Source: Balanoglossus misakiensis
Taxonomy: Eukaryota > Animalia > Hemichordata
Length of the DNA: 64,000 nt
Assembly: GCA_040954595.2 (NCBI GenBank)
Contig: CM082588.2
Coordinates: forward strand, 6,894,202 to 6,958,201
Reading direction: 5' to 3'
Shown here: in pieces, positions 13,558 through 26,899 of the stretch
How positions within the stretch are numbered: the stretch's first letter is position 1
How the letters are laid out: each line of letters begins with the position of its first letter
Made by a program: the position numbers and the translations under genes
The notes under the pieces: model-generated
Seen by the model: the letters and a program-made list of their open reading frames with translations, nothing else
Databases searched by the model: none
Told to the model about the DNA's origin: nothing

Positions 13558-16500
13558 AATGAAAAATGGTCTTGACTCAAGCACACAGTCAGCCATAAAG
13601 TAAGTCATCTTCAACTTCATATTACCAGGACTTTAGTAAATAAAATACACGTATTACATTTGTTTCTGTAATTCAGAAAATATGTTTTCATTCATTTATT
13701 GACCGTTTAATTTTGATTTGCACATGATACATCAGGTCACGTGATATGTCATTCATCTTGTGAATTTCTCAGAGACAGATGGTTGACTTTAATGACTATA
13801 ATACAATTTGATGTCTTGTGTTTTGCCCCATCTGTTGCATGAAGTTTACTTAAAGGGACAAAGTCTCTCCCATGCTGCCCTCCTTCCAATAGTTAGGTTT
13901 GATTCAAGACACTGTTTTATTATTCTCCTTGTGGGTATATGGTGAATCAACGTTCGATCACAGAATAATAACATAAACAGTGTCTTGTATCAAACATGAT
14001 TAATGGAAACAGGGCAGCGAGAGAGAGTCTTTGTCCCTTTAAAGAGGCATTTAACATGGTTTCAACACAATGGTACGTTCCATCTCCGTAATCCACAATG
14101 GCAATGCTGGACCTCTGTACAGGGGTGAAAGGGCTGAATTATCTAGAGGTACTGTACTTCTTTCTCACAATGCATGTTACTTCACATTGGTGCACACAGG
14201 TTCATATTTGGATCTTCCGAGATACACCCGGAGAGCGAACAGCCAGAGAACAGAACAGATACTGCGAAACCAAAGTCCAAACGGAAACTACCTCCATTAC
14301 TGCAATATATCTTGGATAAACTGACGTGAGTTGCCATCTGATATGTTGTCCTGCATTGATGTAGGAACCAGTATATAATTATTGTTGACACACAGCTTCC
14401 ATCCCACTTGTAGACAGGAGAGTGAAAAAATCGCCAAAATGAATATGGTCTCTACCATTTATTCATTTTGGCGAGATTTTTAGTACTCATATCCTATAAA
14501 CGGAATGGAAGTTGTGTGTGGTTGAATGTTCATTCACTACATATACACATGTACATTAACATAAACGGTGTCTTGTATCAAACTTAATTAATGGAAAAGG
14601 GGCAGCGAGAGAGAGAGACTTTGTCCCTTCAATTTATTGCTCCATACCCTTATCAGTGATGTCTGTCTATCTCCCTGATTCTCACACTGTTTGTTTTTCT
14701 GTCTAGGTTGAAAAACGGTGCTAAACATGAATGCTGTCCACACACACACAGCTGTGTACATTATATACTCAGGGTAAGACAAGCTACGTTTCATATTCTG
14801 TTTGTAATGCTAGTTTCGATCATGTACTCTATCATTCAGTAATCTTTCCAACTGGTCTAAGTTTAAGTTTCAGTAGCTGTATATTTGAGCTATTTTATCA
14901 GTTGTTTTACATGTATAAATTGAGGTTTCTCGTATGAAATGACCAGTATTCAAGTTTCCAAGATTCCTTGTGTGAATACGGTCACCATGTTTATTGTTGG
15001 AAAAGGAGCACAAGACTTTGGTTATTTATTTGTAACTAATAGTAACATTATACGAAAATGTTATAATTTGAAAATCATATCAAATTTCAGTCTTTGAAAT
15101 ACTTTGATATCGCAACTGTATTGTCATTTCAGGGATTCTTCAGAAATTTTGTGCTTGGTTACGGTATCCAAGCTGCCTTGAAGTTTCTTGGTGCTCTGAC
15201 TTCCGCGTTTAAGAACCCCAGTCGTCTCTACACAGCATTCTTCACAAGCGATAGCGTTGGTCTTGGTCTCTTCCTGGGATTTTTGACAACCTTGTTCAGG
15301 GTAAGTGTTGGGGTAATAGGCAGGGGGGGGGGTCTTGTTTAATTAAAGAGACAAAGTCTCTCTCTCTCGCAGCCCTTTTCTGTTAATTATGTTTGATACA
15401 AGAAACCAAATATGTTATTCTACATGTGGATATACAATGAACCAGCGTTCAACCACAGTCAACTTCCATCCTACTTGCAGACACAAGAGTGAAAAACTCG
15501 CCAAAATGAATAATCAGTGTTTATCATTTATTCATTTTAGCGAGATTTTTACTCTCATATCCTACAAACGGGATGGAAGTTGTGTGTGGTCGAACATTGA
15601 TTCACTATATATCCACATGTAGAATAACATAACCAGTGTCTTGTATCAAACATGATTAATGGAAAAGGGCAGCGAGAGAGAGACTTTGTCCCTTTAAAAT
15701 GACGTTATTTATATTTGTCTGCTCACTGAAATATTATGATAGTTGAAAATGGCCTTTGTAGATAGGTCAATTAATGCACATGTAAATTTAGACTCTCTCA
15801 CAGCCCCTCTCGCTGTCCATGCAGGCTTATGGACTGATTGCATGTGTGCCCGGCGAGAGGTTCGCTACACAACATCATATGGGGCTTCTCCTTTGCTAAA
15901 TGGTTGAGGGCGCGTCAGTGAAGAGCCTTGTAGTGAATCGTGGGCTGTGAGAGAGCAAAGGTAAATTGCACTGGGACTGTAACAAAGAGTCTACCATAAA
16001 CAAGTTTCCTGTATATAATATATGCCAAACTGAAAACGTATCCCATGATCGCACAGTGATGAATCTATGACAGAAACACTTATTCTGTGTGTTTGATTTC
16101 ACAGGCAGTCTGTTGTGTATTGAGATGGCTTAGGAATAAAGACGATAAGAGTCATGGAATTCTAGCAGGTAATCTTGTTATCTCTGAGTTGCCTACTTGA
16201 TAGGTTAGACCCATCCACATTGATGGATTTTGTCATTGTCCGTGGATAGCAATGTCTCATGTATTATAAGTGGTTTCAGGAAGATGAACACAGCACATTT
16301 GGCCTATTTTTATGCTTTACTAACTTCACATACCAAAAAAATTCATCTTGTTATACTGGTATATATGCATTATATATTACCACAAAACTTCCTTGATATC
16401 TAAATCAAGCCCTCCCCTTTGTTTGTTTATGAATTAAACTTGTAAATTCACATTCTCGGTCCAATATAACAGAATTCGGAGCTCTTTTTAAATAATGGCT

Positions 16501-18662
16501 TGCATAAATTAAAACAAGTTCTCATCCATTCAGACAATGTATTTGCGGCACCTCTGCACTGATGGGAGATAACTTGTATTCATCGTCGCAAACCACGGCC
16601 CTCCCTTTTACGGCAGCGCTCTGCTCCCCGCAAAAAGGCCGTGGTATAATACGCCCATGTATTCAGTATTTGGTCTAGGCGCTTTCATAGTACATCCAAC
16701 AACCAATCAGATTGCTTGTTACATCCCATTCACGCATCTCATTACATCTCATTCTAAACAACATGGCGGCTTCCGGTGGCAGTGCTCTGAGTCTGAGTGA
16801 GAGCGAAGAACGTGCAGTTTGATTGGCCAGATTATAATGATGTCATCTCATGAATATGCATTACCAATATGTTCAAATACCAGCGCGGTACTCCATTTTA
16901 ACCAGAGTACGTGATTTCGATAGTGAAACGAAAGAAATCCGTAGTCTGGTGGGGCGAGAATGATTTGTATTAAACAGAAACTATTTTTTATCACATAGGT
17001 TTTATATCAGCATGGTCCATGGTCTATTATAAGAGTTCTTCCGTTTCTTTGTATGTTGCGTCGAAAATGGCAGAGGTGAGAGGTCATGACCGGGTCATTC
17101 TACTCAGGAGTTGAAACTGTTTTGCATAATGGGTGTGGTTTCAACTCAGACTTTTATATTTTGTAAAAGTGATGTATTCTTCCAACAGCCCATGTACGTG
17201 GAAAGCCATAGCTGTCTCAATAACAGTCACTTCCCATAATTTGAAAACCATTTAATACAATATTGCAATGACCAATCACATAACTTGTTGTCTAGTGAAT
17301 TCACCATGACGGACTTCGTAATAATGTTACGGGACAAATTCATAACATAATTGAACAACAATTAAAATGTCAGTGGACGTCTAGTTGATGAGAGATCTTC
17401 ACAAGCATCATGAAAACATTTCTGTAGTTAACTCCAAGTCCAGATCTCGATTTAGAAATTTTTTTAAACAATTTTTAATGGATTTTGCCGAAAAATCTTG
17501 ATGAAAAAGAGCTGACATTTGTTTGTGATCATTGCAGTTACTATGGTTTAAAGGTGTAGATGCCGGCAAACTGCCTTATTGGCGACATGGTGATACTGCC
17601 TTGTATACTGTCGCAACAGCCATTGTACTTCATGTGGTGAGTTTTGCCTCAAGTTATTATTTCTGTTGGCGAGTGAGACTGAATATACATGTACCATCTA
17701 CTCATTTGTGACAGAATTTGAGAGATAAATGAAGTAAATAAGTGCAATATGTAAAATAACATTGCTAAGTGATAGGTTTATCTTGCTGTTAAAGTGAAGG
17801 GGTCGTCGCGCCGCATTTGCTTGTTTATAAACATTACAATTCATCCACAAATCCCTGAAATTAGATAATTCTTTGAATGCACGAAACAGCCAACCGTAGC
17901 ATTGACTGGGCATGACAGTAACTGAAGATCCTAGTAGGTCGTGGTGACTGCAGTGAGGTTTGTGCTGGTATGGGAGGACATATTCTCATCTAGGGGGACA
18001 CCAACAGACGACTGCTTCCCTTTAACCTGTTGTTTCTACTGTTATTTTTCATATTGTATTTTCAATTGAAGGCGATTCAATATATCTGCATATCAGGGTA
18101 TTTTAGATTACACACATGTATACTTGGATGTATGTTTGGATAACTCTACAACCAGTTTATCTCCAAAACAAATGGATACCATGTTTTCCAGACAGAAATT
18201 GACAATTCAGCAAAAATTATACATTTCAGGCCGTGTTTGAACCTCATAATTTAAGACCAGCATATTGGACATTTCTACTCAATTTGACTGCTCAGAGGTA
18301 GGTTCCAATGCAAACTTTAATCGTGACATTGTTAAACGGAATTGTAGTTGTGTCCACTTCGTGTGTCATCTAGAAATTTTGAAGGGTTGTGAAGGTTCTT
18401 ACTTTCTTTTTTTCAGGTTATTATATGTACTAGAATGAAAAACAGAACAGAGTTTTATAATGAGCAAATTACTAAATTATAATTTTCTTTTATTTCTCCT
18501 CTCAGGTTTGCAGATATGAATCGCAGATTAATCGATGCAGCTGGACTTGGTTTCGATTCTAGTAGACTGAGGCCCGATTTCTGGCCAGTCTACGATCCAA
18601 GATACTTGAAAACAATTGGACCTGATCCATCCACACTTTCATCAGTACTTAAAGTATCATAA
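13558..18662 (+). CDS. TMEM135: Transmembrane protein 135, 3' part (9 exons; upstream exons lie outside the window)
   Basis: Exons 13558-13599, 14200-14325, 14707-14773, 15133-15300, 16105-16168, 16999-17075, 17538-17636, 18230-18297, 18506-18662, all GT-AG and phase-compatible. Translation (KHECCPHTHSCVHYILRGFFRNF..LRWLRNKDD..YKSSSVSLYVASK..KGVDAGKLPY..LRPAYWTFLL..FADMNRR..DPRY) is collinear with human TMEM135 as I recall it. Confidence 0.95.
13850..14042. mobile_element. MITE family C (Kolobok-like, palindromic), internally deleted copy
   Basis: TTAA-AGGGACAAAGTCTCTC...GAGAGTCTTTGTCCCT-TTAA. Confidence 0.8.
14388..14632. mobile_element. MITE family C, left-truncated copy
   Basis: Matches the centre and right arm of 15343-15697; ends GAGAGACTTTGTCCCTTCAA. 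Confidence 0.75.
15343..15697. mobile_element. MITE family C, full-length near-palindromic copy
   Basis: TTAA flanks; inverted arms extend almost to the centre (cgccaaaatgaata / attcattttagcg). Confidence 0.85.
15789..15958. mobile_element. MITE family E (TAG...CTA termini, Academ-like), copy 1
   Basis: TIR TAGACTCTCTCACAGCCC / GGGCTGTGAGAGAG; inverted copy at 56301-56459. Confidence 0.75.
17789..18025. mobile_element. MITE family D (Kolobok-like), copy 1
   Basis: TTAA-AGTGAAGGGGTCGTCGCGCCGC...CTTCCCT-TTAA; inverted copy at 22965-23211. Confidence 0.8.
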
Positions 18663-20577
18663 ACATTTACAATCAGTTCTTTTGTGGTTTGGAAAGGATT
18701 ATATTGTGTGGGTGCTTATTAATTATGGTGAGATGTCTGGAAACATTTACATGTCAGAATAATTGCAGTTGGAAAATCTCAATTAATGCATAGTCTTTCT
18801 GCAAACAAAAAGATAAGTCCAACATTGTGTTTATTTCTTTGAATTATGTTCAATACAATGAAAATCCAAGCTCTGTTGATATTGGCCAGACAGATATGTA
18901 CTGGAATAGTTGAAAAATCAGGTGAATTTATAAATATGTATGATGTACAAAACAGTTCTTCTCAGACAGCAGAAATGTGAAGTTGGGTCTGAGGAACTAA
19001 ATAACAAACTTTGGGATGAAAATAACTCTAGAGGGCGCTTCATAAGTATTTTAAAAAACAATCAATTGGGCTTCCAGAATAATGAATATTTGGAAGCTAT
19101 CCCAAGCCCCGTATTTGATAAAAATGGATTTGATTTCGTTTAATTTTTAGAGAGGAACTTTAGATGTTGTGTTATAACTAGATAGATCATGACAGTTTAT
19201 AAGCTAATTTGATTAAAAATTATATTAATATATTTTGATATGAATATGAAAGTGAATGTTTCACAAAAGCAAGGGAAAATAAATTGTCAGTACAGGAAAA
19301 CCTCCTCGTTTCAGCCAGTTTATGGTCGTTTGCCCTAGTGGTGTAACGGTATTAGTCACCCCATTGCCTTGCTCGGGTAACGGTATTAGTCCAATGGGGT
19401 GACTAACACCCTTACACAACCAGGGCCTTGAGGAAAAAGATGGACTTTTAATACAAACTGTAACAGTGGCTGAAAAATACACGTGCTGTCATACCCAAAT
19501 CCACCCCTCCGAAATCAAATGGTTTCTCCCCTAACCTCCTCCTGAGGGCAAGGTCGTCCTAGTGGAAAACCAAGAAGGCGTCTTTTCGAAGAACAAGCAC
19601 GAGCGAGGATCTGCAGTTCTTGAAAACAAGAAAGCACAGTTGAAGGTACTCTTGTTGTCCATTATCTATCTGGCAAGTATATATGAAGTTAAGTTCTCAG
19701 CCAAGCTACTGCTGAACTTCGGGATCTGTGAAAATATTAAGAAAACTGGGTACTTTTCTAAAATACTGGCTGATGAAAGCTTTAGAAAGGCCGCGATAGT
19801 TACTCCAAACTTGCAAAGTTCCCACCATGTCCTAGTTTTGTAAATTAGCTAGGGGGCAGGGTAGTCTACTTTTTTTCTATATTCAACGAAAGAGTGTCTT
19901 TTTGTTGAAGAGGTCTCAGTCCCTGAGGGTACAAGCATAGATGCCCACTTTCCCTGGGAGTGTTACCGCCGGGATATGACATTTCAGTTGGTGAATGTCT
20001 TTTGAATCAGTAGAAATCTGCCAATCTTTGAAACTGAAATCTTAAAGCCCCAGTTAATGTAACTTGTGTCTACTTTCCACTATTTCCCCCCGTGTGTCAA
20101 CTTCGGTTTCTGGTTCTAATCGGGATGGCTCTGTGAAATGTTCATGTTGTTGGCTTCTAAAACAATGTCTGTATATGAGTGACGGCCATTATTGACAAAC
20201 GAGTGCAGAGTCCGGTATTGTATTATGACTGCGACAAAAGGGGTGTGTTCAGAAATCAACTACTGAGCAACTCTTTGTGTGTTACAGTCTAGACCACTTA
20301 ATCACAATATAATTTTCCTCTTAGTAAAATGTATCGATCGGTGTATGTCATGCAGAGGTCGACAGTCAAACAGAGGAGGCAGCGGGCACATGTAGAGTGT
20401 TTACTTTCCGAAGATTAATGGTGCATGAAACAATTGTAGGTTTATAACGCCGATCGATTGATAAGAACATCAGTTACGTAGACCACTCTATAAATCAGTT
20501 TGATAAAAATCAACTTCTTGGCTTCATTGCAATAAAGCTTCTCATCGACTCGGACAGTTCTTTGTTATTGAATAACA

Positions 20578-20637
20578 GTGGTCAGTTTAGCTTTAAAGGA
20601 AGACGATGTGGTCAGTTAAGCTTTAAAGGAAGACGAT
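20578..20637. repeat. 30-bp tandem duplication
   Basis: GTGGTCAGTT(T/A)AGCTTTAAAGGAAGACGAT twice, one mismatch. Confidence 0.9.
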
Positions 20638-20672
20638 CGTCATGTGCGCATGTGCGTAATTTCTTTATGTTG

Positions 20673-20770
20673 GATAGATAGATAGATAGATATTAGATAG
20701 ATAGATAGATAGATACATGTAGATGGATGGATGGATGGATGGATGGATGGATAGATGGACAGACAGATTG
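20673..20770. repeat. (GATA)n/(GATG)n microsatellite upstream of the SLCO start
   Basis: Directly visible. Confidence 0.95.
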
Positions 20771-20848
20771 ACGGACGGAAGGACGTTAAAGTCGTTCGGT
20801 TAAATATGAAGAGCCAGTTAGTGTGTTTTTATTTTACGAGTTCAGAAA

Positions 20849-23658
20849 ATGGAGACCGCCAACGCCGTGGAGATGAACAAGAAAGGGAGTCAGACCACCG
20901 ATACATTCCTTGCTCAAGAAGATGACACATCCGCCTTTAAGGTAAAAATACACGGCCGTGGTACAAATCAGGAGTCCGGCAGTAGATATTGTAAGCCAGC
21001 CTGGTGTCAAAAATATGCAACGATCCAGATGATGTTGGTTGTGCTGTGCTTGAGTTGGGCGGCGGTGGCCGTGGGCAGTCACATCGACGCGGTCACCATC
21101 ACCACCTTGCAGAAGCGCTACAATCTGTCCAGCCGTTTCGTCGGCATCTTCCAGACCCTCAAGACCGTCGCGGAGATCGCCTCAATGGCCGTCATCACCT
21201 ACTTCGGAGCCAGGCCCCGCAGCAGCAAACCTCGCTGGATGGCCGCCGGTCTGGCTATATTCGCTGCGGGGACACTCCTGTGTGCCACGGCGCAGTTCAT
21301 ATCAGACCCGTACGACTACCGGTACACGACCGCTGGCTCGGGAACCAACGACACCAATGCCGCCGAGGTGTGCGATGGGGTTTGGGAAAATCAAACGATC
21401 TGTGAAAGTACCTCTGTCTCGTCATTCATCAATCAGGGATCGGAGCCCGTTATCCTGGTCCTTGTGGGTAACCTTATAATGGCCCTCGGTATGAATTCAC
21501 CAATTATTCTAGGTACTGTCTACATCGACGATAATGTTTCGAAGTCAAAGTCACCTTTGTACTTGGGTAAGTTCGTAAAAAAATTATGCATAAATATTAG
21601 TAGTACAGTACTTGTATATGGAAACATTTTTGCACGTCTAATCTGGCAGACAAGTTGTAGTTTTGATGTCTACTGCACACGTGAAGTGCAAGAATCGAAG
21701 GGTGGTATCATACGATATGTCTTGATAACAGAAAAAAAAACTTAGGACTTCAATGACTTTGCTGTCGACAGTACTATAAGAGTACTATTAGTACTAGCAT
21801 TGTGTGTTGTGCTCTATATTTTTATTACCCCACACATTTTCTTTGCAACTTAACGTATTTAGGAATCGCCAACGCTGCCCGCCTCGTTGGTTCCGTCTTG
21901 GGTGCCCTGTTGGCCTCCTATTTCACCACCATCTATGTGGACGTCAACCGTGTTGCTGTGGACACGGTCGATCTCACCCCGGAGGATCCTCGCTGGATCG
22001 GGGCTTGGTGGCTGGGATACCTCATCGTCGGCGCGCCGGTCTTACTGTCGGCGGTGCTGATCGCGCTGTTCCCCAAACGCTTGCCTAGCAAGGTCAAGGG
22101 CGGTGGAGGGGACAGTCATGGGGATACCACTGACGTGGGGGTAGAAGACGCAAAGCCAAGCGAAAAGGAGGAACTGTCAGATGATGAAGAAGACACGAAC
22201 TTGTCTGCACTGAAAGGTGGGTCGATTCTGTAGGTTGCAAAATGTGCTATACTTCACGGGTAAGTAAATTGCACAAAACAGCAGCCGGGTTGCATTCAAA
22301 ACTTTCTAAGTAGCTATCATGTTGTATCCAGATATGCATGAAATACCTGTTACTCAAACGATGAAGGATACTATTCCTAGTTTTTGACCCACGACTCTAA
22401 TTTCGGCATTTTGGCCAAATTTCACTTGACTTTGTCACTTGGGGTCAGTCTTGACGGATATAGCGTGGTACCGGGATACGCTTACCCATTCCGGACACTG
22501 GTACCACCACTTTCAAGACGACCAAATATAGTAATTGTTGCTACTATCAATTGTTTCTTGGACCTGGTATGATAGTGATTATTGGACCTGATTTGGTGCA
22601 ATACTACAGACAGTATCTATTCTCTTCGAGTCGGACATACATATATAACTTTGACTATCTGCTTCACATCCCTTCATTCTGTATACTGAGGAACAGTTTG
22701 AAATCAGACGAAGCAAAAAAACCTTTTCCCTTATATCGTTAACAGATTTCCCGAAGGCGTTTTTGAGATTGATAAGGAACTTCACCTTCGTGGCGATAGT
22801 GTTAGCAAGGATGGCTGATGTGGCCCTCTACGGCACTTTCTTGTTCCTTGCCAAGTACACGGAAGAACAGTTCCGGGTATCGGCGTATGTATCTGGTCTA
22901 ACCGTTGGTAAGAACACAGTCTTAGTCTGCACATGGTTCTACATGTATTGGTACCATGGTCCATTTAAAGGGAAGGGGTCGACTCGTCGCGCCGCGTGGG
23001 TGTCCCCTTGATGAGAATATGTCCTCCCATACCAGCACAAACCTCACTGCAGTCGCCACGACCTACTGGGATCTTCAGTTGCTGTCATGCCAAGTCTACG
23101 CTACCGTTGTCTGCTTCGTTCATTCTAAGAATTATCTAATTTCAGGGATTTATTGATGAATTGTAATGTTTATAAACAATCAAACGCGGCGCGACCACCC
23201 CTTCACTTTAAAGTTACCAAAACTTTTTCAAGAACGTTATATATTTTAACCATTTACAGGGGAAATGTTAATTCTCATGTCATGTATCAGACTTTCAGTT
23301 TAAACTATCGAGAAGAGTCGATGAAAAACGCATCCTTGCCTTCACAACAATATGATTTTAACCACGTTCTTTTATCGCCATATTAAATCAGTTCTTGTCG
23401 ACTTTGCTATCATTTCTATGTAGCATTCAGTGCGTTGCTCGCTGGGATTCTTGGTTATCTCGTCGGCGGCGCTATTTTCCGGAAATGGAAACCCCCGATA
23501 GGGAAAATCGCCACCTTCATCGTAGTCTTAGAGGCCGCGTGTATTTCTGTGCCTATTATCGATCTGTACATCGGTTGCAGCACCGAGAAATTCGCGGGAG
23601 TCACAGTACAGTATACCGAGAGGCAAGTTTACGTTTCTATTTTGAATACAACCCTCGC

Positions 23659-23697
<39 letters not shown>

Positions 23698-25466
23698 GTC
23701 AGCCAACCAACCAATCACTGAGCCAATCTTAATTAATTATTCCGTAATATTTAATTATTTTCCTACATTGGAACTTTTGTAACAAAATGGCTTGTTAAAG
23801 TTCAAAATCAAATCGATAGTGTATAACTCCCTTGCAAGTATCATGGGTATAGGCTGGTTATTTTAAAACACCATGGGGAAGGGCACAGTCATCTCATAAA
23901 ATGCCATATTCATGGATTGACGTTGTAACACCCCAGAACAGACCTCTTTGGGAGCACAGATAGGGGACTGATGGTGGCCGGACTGAATTCATCTTGTAAT
24001 TCAATGTGCGCATGCTCCAAAGACTACAATCCTGTTTGTGGGTCGGATGGGATCACCTACTATTCACCGTGTTATGCAGGATGCCAAAAGCGAATCGACG
24101 CAAAGGTAATGAATATTGACAATTTTGGCAAATGGGAGTTAGTTTTCCACTAAAGCCAGTATTTGACCAGAATATAATTCTTGAACAGTTATAACATAGT
24201 CGTCATTTGGAAAATATCATACAAGTCCAAGTTGACTGTTTTCTTTAAAAACATTCATTAAACTAATGCGCAGTAACATTTCACAAAATCACACATTGAC
24301 AGGTTTACAGTTTAACTTTCCTATGTGATGTTCTGCATGCTCTCATCAATGTTTTTCTTCCCTATTGTTTCACTATACAGAATTTCACTGACTGTGCATG
24401 TGTTCGAGACTCGGGACGTCCCTTGCCCTCTTCGGAAAGCGGCGCAGAGTCAGGACTCTGCGGGCAACCATGTTACGCCGAGTTGATCTGGTTTGGCGCG
24501 TCTTGCTTCGTTATTGCTATGGCAATGTCAATGGCCGTTAATGCTGAAACTGTCCTAACGATGAGGTAACCTCTGATTTACACAATCTATATTTTTTGCA
24601 ATATACTTCCCGTTGTAACGATATTTTGCTGAATGACACAGTGTTAAAAGCCATATCATCAAAACGTCGACCAGTGTTTACTTCATAAAGATGTTGTTGA
24701 TATTCGTTCTCTACTACTAGTGTATTTCTGGAATGATCTATGATCTGTGTTATTTTTCAGGTGTGTTTTACCTGCAGATAAGTCTTTTGCTATTGGTGTA
24801 CGCGCACTGTTTGGAGACGTACTCGGTAAGTAAACATCTTCTGTTTCCACGTGGCATGAATTATTGAGACTTCAATCAATCAATCAATCAATCAATCAAC
24901 GAACCAGTCAGTCAATCAATCAACCAACCAACCAACAAGCCAGTCAAACAACCATTCAATCCATCACTCGACCAAATAAAAACAAAAATGATCCATCTAT
25001 CTATACCTCCATTCATCAGTCCATGAAATCAAGTGATTGATCGTTCCAGATTCGTTTTGTTTTTGTTTGTTTGTTTCCTCTATCTGTCTGTCTTTCCGTC
25101 TGTCTAACTGTATGTCTGTCTGTCCGTCCGTCTGTCTGTCTGCCATATGTTCTACCGGCAGTAATGGTGGTACATGGACACAAAATGGCGATGAACCACT
25201 CTACTTACCTTTATACATTTCTAGGTGGGTTGCCAGCACCTGTGGCCGCCGGTGCTCTGATAGACTCCGCCTGTGTTCTGTGGGGCACCACACAGTGTAA
25301 CGAGAAGGGCGCATGCTTGCTCTATGATCTAACCGACTACAGACACAAGTACATCGGTCTGTACCTGGCTCTACACGCGCTCTCACTGGCCATGTACATC
25401 TTCGTGTGGATATACATTCGCAAGAACCCTGACCCCGCAAAGCAAAGCAAAGCCAGAAAGGGGTGA
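20849..25466 (+). CDS. Solute carrier organic anion transporter (OATP/SLCO family), 8 exons, ~697 aa
   Basis: Exons 20849-21566, 21863-22216, 22746-22907, 23424-23622 (GC donor), 23937-24105, 24381-24565, 24761-24825, 25225-25466; total 2094 nt, in frame. Contains the OATP signature [19 protein letters not shown], a Kazal-like domain ([25 protein letters not shown]) and [18 protein letters not shown]. Subfamily not assignable by eye. Confidence 0.95.
22965..23211. mobile_element. MITE family D, copy 2 (opposite orientation)
   Basis: Reverse complement of 17789-18025; TTAA flanks and TIRs present. Confidence 0.8.
23661..23715. repeat. (TCAA)n/(CCAA)n microsatellite; similar tracts at 24872-24960 and 32316-32345
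   Basis: Directly visible. Confidence 0.9.
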
Positions 25467-26680
25467 GCCGTTGAAAACCAGCAGGGCTGTGAATGCAGGA
25501 ATCCCTGGCCAGTATGGTGTCTGTGGAATCACCGAGGTATTATAGACTATAACCTGTGATGTTAAACAATAATAATACGCTTTATTCTCCATGCAATGAT
25601 GTCCATGGATAATACCTCTCTCACCTGAACATTATTTAATGACCACGGGACTAGTTTGAGTCGTTCCGCACTGAAATTGGCTGGAGAAAACTGATGATAC
25701 ATGTGATGCTTGATTGTATTTTTATTAGTACTAATCATAATTATCCAGGAGATATAAAACAACTCGAATTTGATATTTTAACACGGTTTCAACATGGGGA
25801 AGGGGACATATTGTTCGTTGTTTATCCAAGAAAAAGATACTGATTTTAGCTCATAAGTTTCCCCATTAATACTTAGTACTACAGCGTTTTCCTATTACAA
25901 TATAATTATTAAAATTGTTTATCTTCTGAAAAGCAAGAACACCTTTGCCTGCGCTGTGTGTCTCGCCCTTGTCTGAGTTTCGTATTGTTGTATACTGGTA
26001 TTGCGCCCTCAATCGGTGAGTTATCATATGCATAATATCGGTGACGTGTTCGATGGCCGTGATGACCTGTGATTAGCATAAAGGGGTCAGAGAGCACAGG
26101 ACAACACATGGTCGGTTGCGATGTTGCCTTCGGAGGGTGCAGTATTTTCGCCGAAAACACAGCTAACGCAGCCAAGGACTATTACGGCAATACAGGTAAC
26201 ACACTCCTTACGTACCAGTATTCACCGACACATTACAAACTTCATTACATTGATATGTTTTAACAGAGTATAGCAGAAAAGGGGCGTGGTGCACACAGCG
26301 TGCAATGGCGTCCAACCTCTGTCCATCGGTGAGAAAAATGACCCTGCAGTCAAAATGTACATGTATAGTTTCAGCCCTTAAACAGTTTTTGATTCACAAA
26401 TCCAGGAAAACAGATGCATATATCATCAAACAGTTCGCTGGTTTGCCAAGTTAAACTATTGAAATAATTTGCTGGTTCCCGAATTTCCCTATTTTATACC
26501 TTCCAAATCTAGGAGTATTTTATCCATCTTAATTGTCTTGTATTTATAATCTAAGTTGATAAGTCCCATTATACAAAACATATTTTAGAGTCTATGTAAT
26601 TTTTCAGCCCTCTTTTTACCACAGAGAATAGAATGGTATAGAACTGTAAAGAACCTGTTTCGTCACGGCATAAGAGTGAT

Positions 26681-26872
26681 TTAAAGCCCTAATAGCTGTC
26701 AATTATCATAAGTCCTAAGACAGAAGAAACTGTTTTGAATTTGTAAAGATTCTAATAGCCATGTTCGCAAAACACAATAGCTGTGTATACCTGCAGTGGG
26801 CGGCTGAATAAACAAGTGCGACACCCGTTTATTATCTAACCTGTTTATATTCAGCAGCTATTGGGGCTTTAA
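26681..26872. mobile_element. TTAA-flanked MITE (Kolobok-like) just downstream of the cadherin stop codon
   Basis: TTAA-AGCCCTAATAGCTG...CAGCTATTGGGGCT-TTAA; single copy in the window. Confidence 0.65.
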
Positions 26873-26899
26873 ATGATGTATGGAACTCTGTATTTTTCT

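Noticed and set aside
24628-24720. Hammerhead/Penelope-like look (aaaacgtcgacc...)
   Set aside because: The catalytic core CTGANGA/GAAA is not present in recognisable form.
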